Positions 14,129 to 29,500 of a DNA stretch of 64,000 nt are shown here, piece by piece. The first letter of the stretch is position 1, and every line of letters starts with the position of its first letter. The DNA comes from the human T2T-CHM13v2.0 reference genome, Homo sapiens. The stretch is taken from assembly GCF_009914755.1 (NCBI RefSeq), contig NC_060925.1; one strand, 5' to 3'. The notes under the pieces were generated by a model. The model saw only the letters and a program-made list of their open reading frames with translations. It had not been told where the DNA came from and did not search any database. The translations under genes and the position numbers were made by a program.

Positions 14129-17100
14129 GAATCGAATGGAATCAACATCAAACGGAAAAAAACGGAATTATCGAATGGAATCGAAGAGAATCATCGAATG
14201 GACCCGAATGGAATCATCTAATGGAATGGAATGGAATAATCCATGGACTCGAATGCAATCATCATCGAATGGAATCGAATGGAATCATCGAATGGACTCG
14301 AATGGAATAATCATTGAACGGAATCGAATGGAATCATCATCGGATGGAAATGAATGGAATCATCATCGAATGGAATCGAATAGAATTATGGAATGAAATC
14401 CAGTGTGATCATCATCGAATGGACCCGAATGGAATCATCATCCAACGGAAGCTAATGGAATCAACATCGAATGAATCGAATGGAAACACCAAAGAATTGA
14501 AACGAATGGAATTATCATGAAATTGAAATGGATGGACTCATCATCGAATGGATTCGAATCGAATCATCGAATAAAATTGATTGAAATCATCATCCAATGG
14601 AATCGAATGGTATCATTGAATGGAATCGAATGGAATCATCATCAGATGGAAATGAATGGAATCGTCATAGAATGGAATCGAATGGATTCATTGAATGGAA
14701 TCAGATGGAATCATCGAATGGACTGGAATGGAATCATTGAATGGACTCGAAAGGGATCATGATTGAATGGAATTGAATGGAATCATCGAATGGTCTCGAT
14801 TGGAATCATTATCAAATGGAATCGAATGGAATCACCGAATAGAATCGAATGGAACAATCATCGAATGGACTCAAATGGAATTATCCTCGAATGGAATCGA
14901 ATGGAATTATCGAATGCAATCGAATGGAATTATCGAATGCAATCGAATAGAATCATCGAATGGACTCGAATGGAATCATCGAATGGAATGGAATGGAACA
15001 GTCAATGAACTCGAATGGAATCATCATTGAATGGAATCGAATGGAATCATCGAGTGGAATCGAATGGAATTATGATCAAATGGAATCGAATGTAATCATC
15101 ATCCAATGGAATCAAAAATAACCATCATCAATTGGTATTGAATGGAATTGTCATCAAATGGAATTCAAAGGAATCATCATCAAATGGAACCGAATGGAAT
15201 CCTCATTGAATGGAAATGAAAGGGGTCATCATCTAATGGAATCGCATGGAATCATCATCAAATGGAATCGAATGGAATCATCATCAAATGGAATCTAATG
15301 GAATCATTGAAAAGAATTGAATGGAATCGTCATCGAATGAATTGAATGCAATCATCGAATGGTCTCGAATGGAATCATCTTCTAATGGAAAGGAATGGAA
15401 TCATCGCATAGAATCGAATGGAATTAACATTGAATGGACTCGAATGGAATCCACATCAAACGGAATCAAGCGGAATTATCGAATGGAATCGAAGAGAATC
15501 ATCGAATGGACTCGAATGGAATCATCTAAAGGAATGGAATGGAATAATCCACGGACTCGAATGCAATCATCATCGTATAGAATCGAATGGAATCATTGAA
15601 TGGACTCGAATGGAATAATCATTGAACGGAATCAAATGGAATCATCATCGGATGGAAACGAATGGAATCATCATCGAATGGAAAAGAAAAGAGTCATCAT
15701 CTAATGGAATTGCATGGAATCATCATAAAATGGAATCGAATGGAATCAACATCAAATGGAATCAAATGGAATCATTGAACGGAATTAAATGGAATCGTCA
15801 TCGAATGAATTGAATGCAATCATCGAATGGTCTCGAATGGAATCATCTTCTAATGGAAAGTAATGGAATCATCGCATAGAATCGAATGGAATTAAAATTG
15901 AATGGACTCGAATGGAATCAACATCAAACGGAAAAAAACGGAAATATCGAATGGAATCGAAGAGAATCATCGAATGGACCCGAATGGAATCATCTAATGG
16001 AATGGAATGGAATAATCCATGGACTCGAATGCAATCATCATCGAATGGAATCGAATGGAATCATCGAATGGACTCGAATGGAATAATCATAGAACGGAAT
16101 CGAATGGAATCATCATCGGATGGAAATGAATGGAATCATCATCGAATGGAATCGAATAGAATTATGGAATGAAATCCAGTGTGATCATCATCGAATACAC
16201 CCGAATGGAATCATCATCCAACGGAATCTAATGGAAACAACATCGAATGAATCGAATGGAAACACCATCGAATTGAAACGAGTGGAATTATCATGAAATT
16301 GAAATGGATGGACTCATCATCGAATGGATTCGAATGGAATCATCGAATAAAATTGATTGAAATCATCATCAAATTGAATCGAATGGTATCATTGAATGGA
16401 ATCAAATGGAATCATCATCAGATGGAAAAGAATGGAATCGTCATAGAATGGAATCGAATGGATTCATTGAATGGAATCAGATGGAATCATCGAATGGACT
16501 GGAATGGAATCATTGAATGGACTCGAAAGGGATCATGATTGAATGGAATTGAATGGAATCATCGAATGTTCTCGATTGGAATCATTATCAAATAGAATCG
16601 AATGGAATCACCGAATAGAATCGAATGGAACAATCATCGAATGGACTCAAATGGAATTATCCTCAAATGGAATCGAATGGAATTATCGAATGCAATCGAA
16701 TGGAATTATCGAATGCAATCGAATAGAATCATCGAATGGACTCGAATGGAATCATCGAATGGAATGGAATGGAACAGTCAATGAACTCGAATGGAATCAT
16801 CATTGAATGGAATCGAATGGAATCATCGAGTGGAATCGAATGGAATTATGATCAAATGGAATCGAATGTAATCATCAAATGGAATCAAAAATAACCATCA
16901 TCAATTGGTATTGAATGGAATTGTCATCAAATGGAATTCACAGGAATCATCATCAAATGGAACCGAAAGGAATCCTCATTGAATGGAAATGAAAGGGGTC
17001 ATCATCTAATGGAATCACATGGAATCATCATCAAATGGAATCGAATGGAATCATCATCAAATGGAATCTAATGGAATCATTGAACAGAATTGAATGGAAT

Positions 17101-20100
17101 CGTCATCGAATGAATTGAATACAATCATCGAATGGTCTCGAATGGAATCATCTTCTAATGGAAAGGAATGGAATCATCGCATAGAATCGAATGGAATTAA
17201 CATTCAATGGACTCGAATGGAATCAACATCAAACGGAATCAAGCAGAATTATCGAATGTAATCGAAGAGAACCATCGAATGGACTCGAATGGAATCATCT
17301 AATGGAATGGAATGGAATAATCCACGGACTCGAATGCAATCATCATCGTATAGAATCGAATGGAATCATTGAATGGACTCGAATGGAATCATCATTGAAC
17401 AGAATCGAATGGAATCATCATCGGATGGAAACGAATGGAATTATCATCGAATGGAAATGAAAGGAGTCATCATCTAATGGAATCGCATGGAATCATCATA
17501 AAATGGAATCGAATGGAATCAACATCAAATGGAATCAAATGGAATCATTGAACGGAATTGAATGGAATTGTCATCGAATGAATTGAATGCAATCATCGAA
17601 TGGTCTCGAATGAAATCATCTTCAAATGGAATGGAATGGAATCATCGCATAGAATCGAATGGAATTATCATCGAATGGAATCGAAAGGTATCAACATCAA
17701 ACGGAAAAAAACGGAATTATCGAATGGAATCGAAGAGAATCATCGAACGGACCCGAATGGAATCATCTAATGGAAAGGAATGGAATAATCCATGGACTCG
17801 AATCCAATCATCATCGAATGGAATCGAATGGAATCATTGAAAGGACTCTAATGGAATAATCATTGAACGGAATCGAATGGAATCATCATCGAATGGAAAC
17901 TAATGGAATCATCATCGAATGGAAATGAAAGGAGTCATCTAATGGAATTGCATGGAATCAACATAAAATGGAATCGAATGGAATCAACATCAAATGGAAT
18001 CAAATGGAATCATTGAACGGAATTGAATGGAATCTTCATCGAATGAATTGAATGCAATCATCGAATGGTCTCGAATGGAATCATCTTCAAATGGAATGGA
18101 ATGGAATCATCGCATAGAATCGAATGGAATTATCATCGAATGGAATCGAATGGAATCAACATCAAACGGAAAAAAAAGGAATTATCGAATGGAATCGAAG
18201 AGAATCATCGAATGGACCCGAATGGAATCATCTAATGGAATGGAATGGAATAATCCATGGACTCGAATGCAATCATCATCGAATGGAATCGAATGGAATC
18301 ATCGAATGGACTCGAATGGAATAATCATTGAACGGAATCGAATGGAATCATCATCGGATGGAAATGAATGGAATCATCATCGAATGGAATCGAATAGAAT
18401 TATGGAATGAAATCCAGTGTCATCATCTTCGAATGGACCCGAATGGAATCATCATCCAACGGCAGCTAATGGAATCAACATCGAATGAATCGAATGGAAA
18501 CACCATCGAATTGAAACGAGTGGAATTATCATGAAATTGAAATGGATGGACTCATCATCGAATGGATTCGAATGGAATCATCGAATAAAATTGATTGAAA
18601 TCATCATCAAATGGAATCGAATGGTAGCATTGAATGGAATCGAATGGAATCATCATCAGATGGAAATGAATGGAATCGTCATAGAATGGAATCGAATGGA
18701 TTCATTGAATGGAATCAGATGGAATCTTCGAATGGACTGGAATGGAATCATTGAATGGACTCGAAAGGGATCATCATTGAATGGAATTGAATGGAATCAT
18801 CGAATGGTCTCGATTGGAATCATTATCAAATGGAATCGAATGGAATCACCGAATAGAATCGAATGGAACAATCATCGAATGGACTCAAATGGAATTATCC
18901 TCAAATGGAATCGAATGGAATTATCGAATGCAATCGAATGGAATTATCGAATGCAATCGAATAGAATCATCGAATGGACTCGAATGGAATCATCGAATGG
19001 AATGGAATGGAACAGTCAATGAACTCGAATGGAATCATCATTGAATGGAATCGAATGGAATCATCGAGTGGAATCGAATGAAATTATGATCAAATGGAAT
19101 CGAATGTAATCATCATCAAATGGAATCAAAAATAACCATCATCAATTGATATTCAATGGAATTGTCATCAAATGGAATTCAAAGGTATCATCATCAAATG
19201 GAACCGAATGGAATCCTCATTGAATGGAAATGAAAGGGGTCATCATCTAATGGAATCGCATGGAATCATCATCAAATGGAATCGAATGGAATCATCATCA
19301 AATGGAATCTCATGGAATCATTGAACAGAATTGAATGGAATCGTCATCGAATGAATTGAATGCAATCATCGAATGGTCTCGAATGGAATCATCTTCTAAT
19401 GGAAAGGAATGGAATCATCGCATAGAATCGAATGGAATTAACATTGAATGGACTCGAATGGAATCAACATCAAACGGAATCAACTGGAATTATCGAATGG
19501 AATCGAAGAGAATCATCGAATGGACTCGAATGGAATCATCTAATGGAATGGAATGGAATAATCCACGGACTCGAATGCAATCATCATCGTATAGAATCGA
19601 ATGGAATCATCGAATGGACTCGAATGGAATAATCATTGAACGGAATCGAATGGAATCATCATCGGATGGAAACGAATGGAATCATCATCGAATGGAAATG
19701 AAAGGAGTCATCATCTAATGGAATTGCATGGAATCATCATAAAATGGAATCGAATGGAATCAACATCAAATGGAATCAAATGGAATCATTGAACGGAATT
19801 GAATGGAATCGTCATCGAATGAATTGAATGCAATCATCGAATGGTCTCGAATGGAATCATCTTCAAATGGAATGGAATGGAATCATCGCATAGAATCGAA
19901 TGGAATTATCATCGAATGGAATCGAATGGAATCAACATCAAACGGAAAAAAACGGAATTATCGAATGGAATCGAAGAGAATCATCGAACGGACCCGAATG
20001 GAATCATCTAATGGAATGGAATGGAATAATGCATGGACTCGAATGCAATCATCATCGAATGGAATCGAATGGAATCATCGAATGGACTCGAATGGAATAA

Positions 20101-23100
20101 TCATTGAACGGAATCGAATGGAGTCATCATCGGATGGAAACGAATGGAATCATCATCGAATGTAAATGAAAGGATTCATCATCTAATGGAATTGCATGGA
20201 ATCATCATAAAATGGAATCGAATGGAATCAACATCAAATGGAATCAAATGGAATCATTGAACGGAATTGAATGGAATCGTCAACGAATGAATTGAATGCA
20301 ATCATCGAATGGTCTCGAATGGAATCATCTTCAAATGGAATGGAATGGAATCATCGCATAGAATCGAATGGAATTATCATCGAATGGAATCGAATGGAAT
20401 CAACATCAAACGGAAAAATCGGAATTATCGTATGGAATCGAAGAGAATCATCGAATGGACCCGAATGGAATCATCTAATGGAGTGGAATGGAAAAATCCA
20501 TGGACTCGAATGCAATCATCATCGAATGGAATCGAATGGAATCATCGAATGGACTCGAATGGAATAATCATCGAACGGAATCGAATGGAGTCATCATCGG
20601 ATGGAAATGAATGGAATCATCATCGAATGGAATCGAATAGAATTATGAAATGAAATCCAGTGTGATCATCATCGAATGGACCCGAATGGAATCATCATCC
20701 AACGGAAGCTAATGGAATCAACATCGAATGAATCGAATGGAAACACCATCGAATTGAAACGAATGGAATTATCATGAAATTGAAATGGATGGACTCATCA
20801 TCGAATGGATTCGAATGGAATCATCGAATAAAATTGATTGAAATCATCAACAAATGGAATCGAATGGTATCATTGAAGGGAATCGAATGGAATCATCATC
20901 AGATGGAAATGAATGGAATCGTCATAGAATGGAATCGAATGGATTCATTGAATGGAATCAGATGGAATCATCGAATGGACTGGAATGGAATCATTGAATG
21001 GACTCGAAAGGATTCATTATTGAATGCAATTGAATGGAATCATCGAATGGTCTCGATTGGAATCATTATCAAATGGAATCGAATGGAATCACAGAATAGA
21101 ATCGAATGGAACAATCATCGAATGGACTCAAATGGAATTATCCTCAAATTGAATCGAATGGAAATATCGAATGTAATCGAATGGAATTATCGAACGCAAT
21201 CGAATAGAATCATCGAATGGACTCGAATGGAATCATCGAATGGAATGGAATGGAACAGTCAATGAACTCGAATGGAATCATCATTGAATGGAATCGAATG
21301 GAATCATCGAGTGGAATCGAATGGAATTATGATCAAATGGAATCGAATGTAATCATCATCAAATGGAATCAAAAATAACCATCATCAATTGGTATTGAAT
21401 GGAATTGTCATCAAATGGAATTCAAAGGAATCATCATCAAATGGAACCGAATGGAATCCTCATTGAATGGAAATGAAAGGGGTCATCATCTAATGGAATC
21501 GCATGGAATCATCATCAAATGGAATCGAATGGAATCATCATCAAATGGAATCTAATGGAATCATTGAACAGAATTGAATGGAATCGTCATCGAATGAATT
21601 GAATGCAATCATCGAATGGTCTCGAATGGAATCATCTTCTAATGGAAAGGAATGGAATCGTCGCATAGAATCGAATGGAATTATCATCGAATGGAATCGA
21701 ATGGTATCAACATCAAACGGACAAAAACGGAATTATCGAATGCAATCGAAGAGAATCTTCGAACGGACCCGAATGGAATCATCTAATGGAATGGAATGGA
21801 ATAATCCACGGACTCGAATGCAATCATCATCGAATGGAATCGAATGGAATCATTGAATGGACTCGAATGGAATAATCATTGAAAGGAATCGAATGGAATC
21901 ATCTTCGGATGGATACGAATGGAATCATCATCGAATGGAAATGAAAGGAGTCATCATCTAATGGAATTGCATGGAATCATCAACAAATGGAATCGAATGG
22001 AATCAACATCAAATGGAATCAAATGGAATCATTGAACGGAATTGAATGGAATCGTCATCGAATGAATTGAATGCAATCATCGAATGGTCTCGAATGGAAT
22101 CATCTTCAAATGGAATGGAATGGAATCATCGCATAGAATCGAATGGAATTATCATCGAATGGAATCGAATGGTATCAACATCAAACGGAAAAAAACGGAA
22201 TTATCGAATGGAATCGAAGAGAATCTTCGAACGGACCCGAATGGATTCACCTTATGGAATGGAATGGAATAATCCATGGACTCGAATGCAATCATCATCG
22301 AATGGAATCATCAAATGGACTCGAATGGAATAATCATTGAACGGAATCGAATGGAATCATCATCAGATGGAAATGAATGGAATCATCATCGAATGGAATC
22401 GAATAGAATTATGGAATGAAATCCAGTGTTATCATCATCGAATGGACCCAAATGGAATCATCATCCAACGGAATCTAATGGAATCAACATCGAATGAATC
22501 GAATGGAAACACCATCGAATTGAAACGAATGGAATTATCATGAAATTGAAATGGATGGACTCATCATCGAATGGATTCGAATGGAATCATCGAATAAAAT
22601 TGATTGAAATCATCATCAAATGGAATCGAATGGTATCATTGAATGGAATCGAATGGAATCATCATCAGATGGAAATGAATGGAATCGTCATAGAATGGAA
22701 TCGAATGGATTCATTGAATGGAATCAGATGGAATCATCGAATGGACTGGAATGGAATCATTGAATGGACTCGAAAGGGATCATGATTGAATGGAATTGAA
22801 TGGAATCATCGAATGGTCTCGATTGGAATCATTATCAAATGGAATCGAATGGAATCACCGAATAGAATCGAATGGAACAATCATCGAATGGACTCAAATG
22901 GAATCATCCTCAAATGGAATGGAATGGAATTATCGAATGCAATCGAATAGAATCATCGAATGGACTCGAATGGAATCATCGAATGGAATGGAATGGAACA
23001 GTCAATGAACTCGAATGGAATCATCATTGAATGGAATCGAATGGAATCATCGAGTGGAATCGAATGGAATTATGATCAAATGGAATCTAATGTAATCATC

Positions 23101-23537
23101 ATCAAATGGAATCAAAAATAACCATCATCAATTGGTATTGAATGGAATTGTCATCAAATGGAATTCAAAGGAATCATCATCAAATGGAACCGAATGGAAT
23201 CCTCATTGAATGGAAATGAAAGGGGTCATCATCTAATGGAATCGCATGGAATCATCATCAAATGGAATCGAATGGAATCATCATCAAATGGAATCTGATG
23301 GAATCATTGAACAGAATTGAATGGAATCGTCATCGAATGAATTGAATGCAATCATCGAATGGTCTCGAATGGAATCATCTTCTAATGGAAAGGAATGGAA
23401 TCATCGCATAGAATCGAATGGAATTAACATTGAATGGACTCGAATGGAATCAACATCAAACGGAATCAAGCGGAATTGTCGAATGGAATCGAAGAGAATC
23501 ATCGAATGGACTCGAATGGAATAATCTAATGGAATTG

Positions 23538-26500
23538 AATGGAATAATCCACGGACTCGAATGCAATCATCATCGTATAGAATCGAATGGAATCATCGAA
23601 TGGACTCGAATGGAATAATCATTGAACGGAATCGAATGGAATCATCATCGGATGGAAACGAATGGAATCATCATCGAATGGAAATGAAAGGAGTCATCAT
23701 CTAATGGAATTGCATGGAATCATCATCAAATGGAATCGAATGGAATCAACAGCAAATGGAATCAAATGGAATCATTGAACGGAATTGAATGGAATCGTCA
23801 TCGAATGAATGAATGCAATCATCGAATGGTCTCGATTGCAATCATCTTCAAATGGAATGGAATGGAATCATCGCATAGAATCGAATGGAATTATCATCGA
23901 ATGGAATCGAATGGTATCAACATCAAACGGAAAAAAACGGAATTATCGAATGGAATCGAAGAGAATCATCGAACGGACCCGAATGGAATCATCTAATGGA
24001 ATGGAATGGAATAATCCACGGACTCGAATGCAATCATCGTCGAATGGAATCGAATGGAATCATCGAATGGACACGAATGGAATAATCATTGAACGGAATC
24101 GAATGGAATCATCATCGGATGGAAACGAATGGAATCATCATCGAATGGAAATGAAAGGAGTCATCATCTAATGGAATTGCATGGAATCATCATCAAATGG
24201 AATCGAATGGAATCAACATCAAATGGAATCAAATGGAATCATTGAACGGAATTGAATGGAATCGTCATCGAATGAATTGAATGCAATCATCGAATGGTCT
24301 CGAATGGAATCATCTTCAAATGGAATGGAATGGAATCATCGCATAGAATCGAATGGAATTATCATCGAATGGAATCGAATGGTATCAACATCAGACGGAA
24401 AAAAACGGAATTATCGAATGGAATCGAAGAGAATCTTCGAACGGACCCGAATGGAATCATCTAATGGAATGGCAAGGAATAATCCATGGACTGGAAGGCA
24501 ATCATCATTGAACGGAATCGAAAGGAATCATCATCGGATGGAAACGACTGGAATCATCATCGAATGGAAATGAAAGGAGTCATCATCTAATGGAATTGCA
24601 TGGAATCATCATAAAATGGAATCGAATGGAATCAACATCAAATGGAATCAAATGGAATCATTGAACGGAATTGAATGGAATCGTCATCGAATGAATTGAA
24701 TGCAATCATCGAATGGTCTCGAATGGAATCATCTTCAAATGGAATGGAATGGAATCATCGCATAGAATCGAATTTAATTATCATCGAATGGAATCGAATG
24801 GAATCAACATCAAACGGAAAAAAACGGAATTATCGAATGGAATCGAATAGAATCATCGAATGGACCCGAATGGAATCATCTAATGGAATGGAATGGAATA
24901 ATCCGTGGACTCGAATGCAATCATCATCGAATGGAATCGAATGGAATCATCCAATGGACTCGAATGGAATAATCATTGAACGGAATCGAATGGAATCATC
25001 ATCGGATGGAAATGAATGGAATCATCATCGAATGGAATCGAATAGAATTATGGAATGAAACCCAGTGTTATCATCATCGAATGGACCGAATGGAATCATC
25101 ATCCAACGGATGCTAATGGAATCAACATCGAATGAATCAAATGGAAACACCATCGAATTGAAACGAATGGAATTACCATGAAATTGAAATGGATGGACTC
25201 ATCATCGAATGGATTCGAATGGAATCATCGAATAAAATTGATTGAAATCATCATCGAATGGAATCGAATGGTATCATTGAATGGAATCGAATGCAATCAT
25301 CATCAGATGGAAATGAATGGAATCGTCATAGAATGGAATCGAATGGATTCATTGAATGGAATCAGATGGAATCATCGAATGGACTGGAATGGAATCATTG
25401 AATGGACACGAAAGAGATCATGATTGAATGGAATTGAATGGAATCATCGAATGGTCCCGATTGGAATCATTATCAAATGGAATCGAATGGAATCACCGAA
25501 TAGAATCGAATGGAACAATCATCGAATGGACTCAAATGGAATTATCCTCAAATGGAATGGAATGGAATTATCGAATGCAATCGAATGGAATTATCGAATG
25601 CAATCGAATAGAATCATCGAATGGACTCGAATGGAATAATCATTGAACGGAATCGAATGGAATCATCATCGGATGGAAACGAATGGAATCATCATCGAAT
25701 GGAAATGAAAGGAGTCATCATCTAATGGAATTGCATGGAATCATCATAAAATGGAATCGAATGGAATCAACATCAAATGGAATCAAATGGAATCATTGAA
25801 CGGAATTGAATGGAATCGTCATCGAATGAATTGAATGCAATCATCGAATGGTCTCGAATGGAATCATCTTCAAATGGAATGGAATGGAATCATCGCATAG
25901 AATCGAATGGAATTATCATCGAATGGAATCGAATGGAATCAACATCAAACGGAAAAAAACGGAATTATCGAATGGAATCGTAGAGAATCATCGAATGGAC
26001 CCGAATGGAATCATCTAATGGAATGGAATGGAATAATCCATGGACTCGAATGCAATCATCATCGAATGGAATCGAATGGAATCATCGAATGGACTCGAAT
26101 GGAATAATCATTGAACGGAATCGAATGGAATCATCATCGGATGGAAATGAAAGGAGTCATCATCTAATGGAATTGCATGGAATCATCATAAAATGGAATC
26201 GAATGGAATCAACATCAAATGGAATCAAATGGAATCATTGAACGTAATTGAATGGAATCGTCATCGAATGAATTGAATGCAATCATCGAATGGTCTCGAA
26301 TGGAATCATCTTCAAATGGAATGGAATGGAATCATCGCATAGAATCGAATGGAATTATCATCGAATGGAATTGAATCGAATCCACATCAAACGGAAAAAA
26401 ACGGAATTATCTAATGGAATCGAAGAGAATCATCGAATGGACCCGAATGGAATCATCTAATGGAATGGAATGGAATAATCCATGGACTCGAATGCAATCA

Positions 26501-29500
26501 TCATCGAATGGAATCGAATGGAATCATCGAATGGACTCGAATGGAATAATCATTGAACGGAATCGAATGGAATCATCATCGGATGGAAATGAATGGAATC
26601 ATCATCGAATGGAATCGAATAGAATTATGGAATGAAATCCAGTGTGATCATCATCGAATGGACCCGAATGGAATCATCATACAACGGAAGCTAATGGAAT
26701 CAACATCGAATGAATCAAATGGAAACACCATCGAATTGAAACGAATGGAATTACCATGAAATTGAAATGGATGGACTCATCATCGAATGGATTCGAATGG
26801 AATCATCGAATAAAATTGATTGAAATCATCATCGAATGGAATCGAATGGTATCATTGAATGGAAACGAATGGAATCATCATCAGATGGAAATGAATGGAA
26901 TCGTCATAGAATGGAATCGAATGGATTCATTGAATGGAATCAGATGGAATCATCGAATGGACTGGAATGGAATCATTGAATGGACTCGAAAGGGATCATG
27001 ATTGAATGGAATTGAATGGAATCATCGAATGGTCTCGATTGGAATCATTATCAAATGGAATCGAATGGAATCACCGAATAGAATCGAATGGAACAATCAT
27101 CGAATGGACTCAAATGGAATTATCCTCAAATGGAATCGAATGGAATTATCGAATGAAATCGAATGGAATTATCGAATGCAATCGAATAGAATCATCGAAT
27201 GGACTCAAAAGGAATCATCGAATGGAATGGAATGGAACAGTCAATGAACTCGAATGGAATCATCATTGAATGGAATCGAATGGAATCATCGAGTGGAATC
27301 GAATGGAATTATGATCAAATGGAATCGAATGTGATCATCATCAAATGGAATCAAAAATAAACATCATCAATTGGTATTGAATGGAATTGTCATCAAATGG
27401 AATTCAAAGGAATCATCATCAAATGGAACCGAATGGAATCCTCATTGAATGGAAATGAAAGGGGTCATCATCTAATGGAATCGCATGGAATCATCATCAA
27501 ATGGAATCGAATGGAATCATCATCAAATGGAATCTAATGGAATCATTGAAAAGAATTGAATGGATCATCATCGAATGAATTGAATGCAATCATCGAATGG
27601 TCTCGAATGGAATCATCTTCTAATGGAATGGAATGGAATCATCGCATAGAATCGAATGCAATTATCATCGAATGGAATCGAATGGTATCAACACCAAACG
27701 GAAAAAAACGGAATTATCGAATGGAATCGAAGAGAATCTTCGAACGGACCCGAATGGAATCATCTAATGGAATGGAATGGAATAATCCATGGACTCGAAT
27801 GCAATCATCATCGAATGGAATCGAATGGAATCATCGAATGGACTCGAATGGAATAATCATTGAACGGAATCGAATGGAATCATCATCGGATGGAAATGAA
27901 TGGAATCATCATCGAATGGAATCGAATAGAATTATGGAATGAAATCCAGTGTGATCATCATCGAATGGACCCGAATGGAATCATCATACAACGGAAGCTA
28001 ATGGAATCAACATCGAATGAATCAAATGGAAACACCATCGAATTGAAACGAATGGAATTATCATGAAATTGAAATGGATGGACTCATCATCGAATGGATT
28101 CGAATGGAATCATCGAATAAAATTGATTGAAATCATCATCGAATGGAATCGAATGGTATCATTGAATGGAATCGAATGGAATCATCATCAGATGGAAATG
28201 AATGGAATCGTCATAGAATGGAATCGAATGGATTCATTGAATGGAATCAGATGGAATCATCGAATGGACTGGAATGGAATCATTGAATGGACTCGAAAGG
28301 ATTCATTATTGAATGCAATTGAATGGAATCATCGAATGGTCTCGATTGGAATCATTATCAAATGGAATCGAATGGAATCACCGAATAGAATCGAATGGAA
28401 CAATCATCGAATGGACTCAAATGGAATTATCCTCAAATGGAATCGAATGGAATTATCGAATGCAATCGAATGGAATTATCGAATGCAATCGAATAGAATC
28501 ATCGAATGGACTCGAATGGAATCATCGAATGGAATGGAATGGAACAGTCAATGAACTCGAATGGAATCATCATTGAATGGAATCGAATGGAATTATCGAG
28601 TGGAATCGAATGGAATTATGATCAAATGGAATCGAATGTAATCATCATCAAATGGAATCAAAAATAACCATCATCAATTGGTATTGAATGGAATTGTCAT
28701 CAAATGGAATTCAAAGGAATCATCATCAAATGGAACCGAATGGAATCCTCATTGAATGGAAATGAAAGGGGTCATCATCTAATGGAATCGCATGGAATCA
28801 TCATCAAATGGAATCGAATGGAATCATCATCAAATGGAATCTAATGGAATCATTGAAAAGAATTGAATGGAATCGTCATCGAATGAATTGAATGCAATCA
28901 TCGAATGGTCTCGAATGGAATCATCTTCTAATGGAAAGGAATGGAATCATCGAATAGAATCGAATGGAATTATCATCGAATGGAATCGAATGGTATCAAC
29001 ACCAAACGGAAAAAAACGGAATTATCGAATGGAATCAAAGAGAATCTTTGAACGGACCCGAATGGAATCATCTAATGGAATGGAATGGAATAATCCATGG
29101 ACTCGAATGCAATCATCATCGAATGGAATCGAATGGAATCATCGAATGGACTCGAATGGAATAATCATTGAACGGAATCGAATGGAATCATCATCGGATG
29201 GAAATGAATGGAATCATCATCGAATGGAATCGAATAGAATTATGGAATGAAATCCAGTGTGATCATCATCGAATGGACCCGAATGGAATCATCATACAAC
29301 GGAAGCTAATGGAATCAACATCGAATGAATCAAATGGAAACACCATCGAATTGAAACGAATGGAATTATCATGAAATTGAAATGGATGGACTCATCATCG
29401 AATGGATTCGAATGGAATCATCGAATAAAATTGATTGAAATCATCATCGAATGGAATCGAATGGTATCATTGAATGGAATCGAATGGAATCATCATCAGA

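Larger units (their letters stand above)
1..23537 (+). repeat. Copy 1 of a large intra-array tandem super-duplication (left end runs off the window)
   Basis: Position 1 aligns to 23538. Private variants recur at +23537: AACAGCAAAT, GAATGAATGAATGC, TCGATTGCAATC, ACATCAGACGG, ATGGCAAGG, GGACTGGAAGGC plus a 49-bp deletion. Confidence 0.9.
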
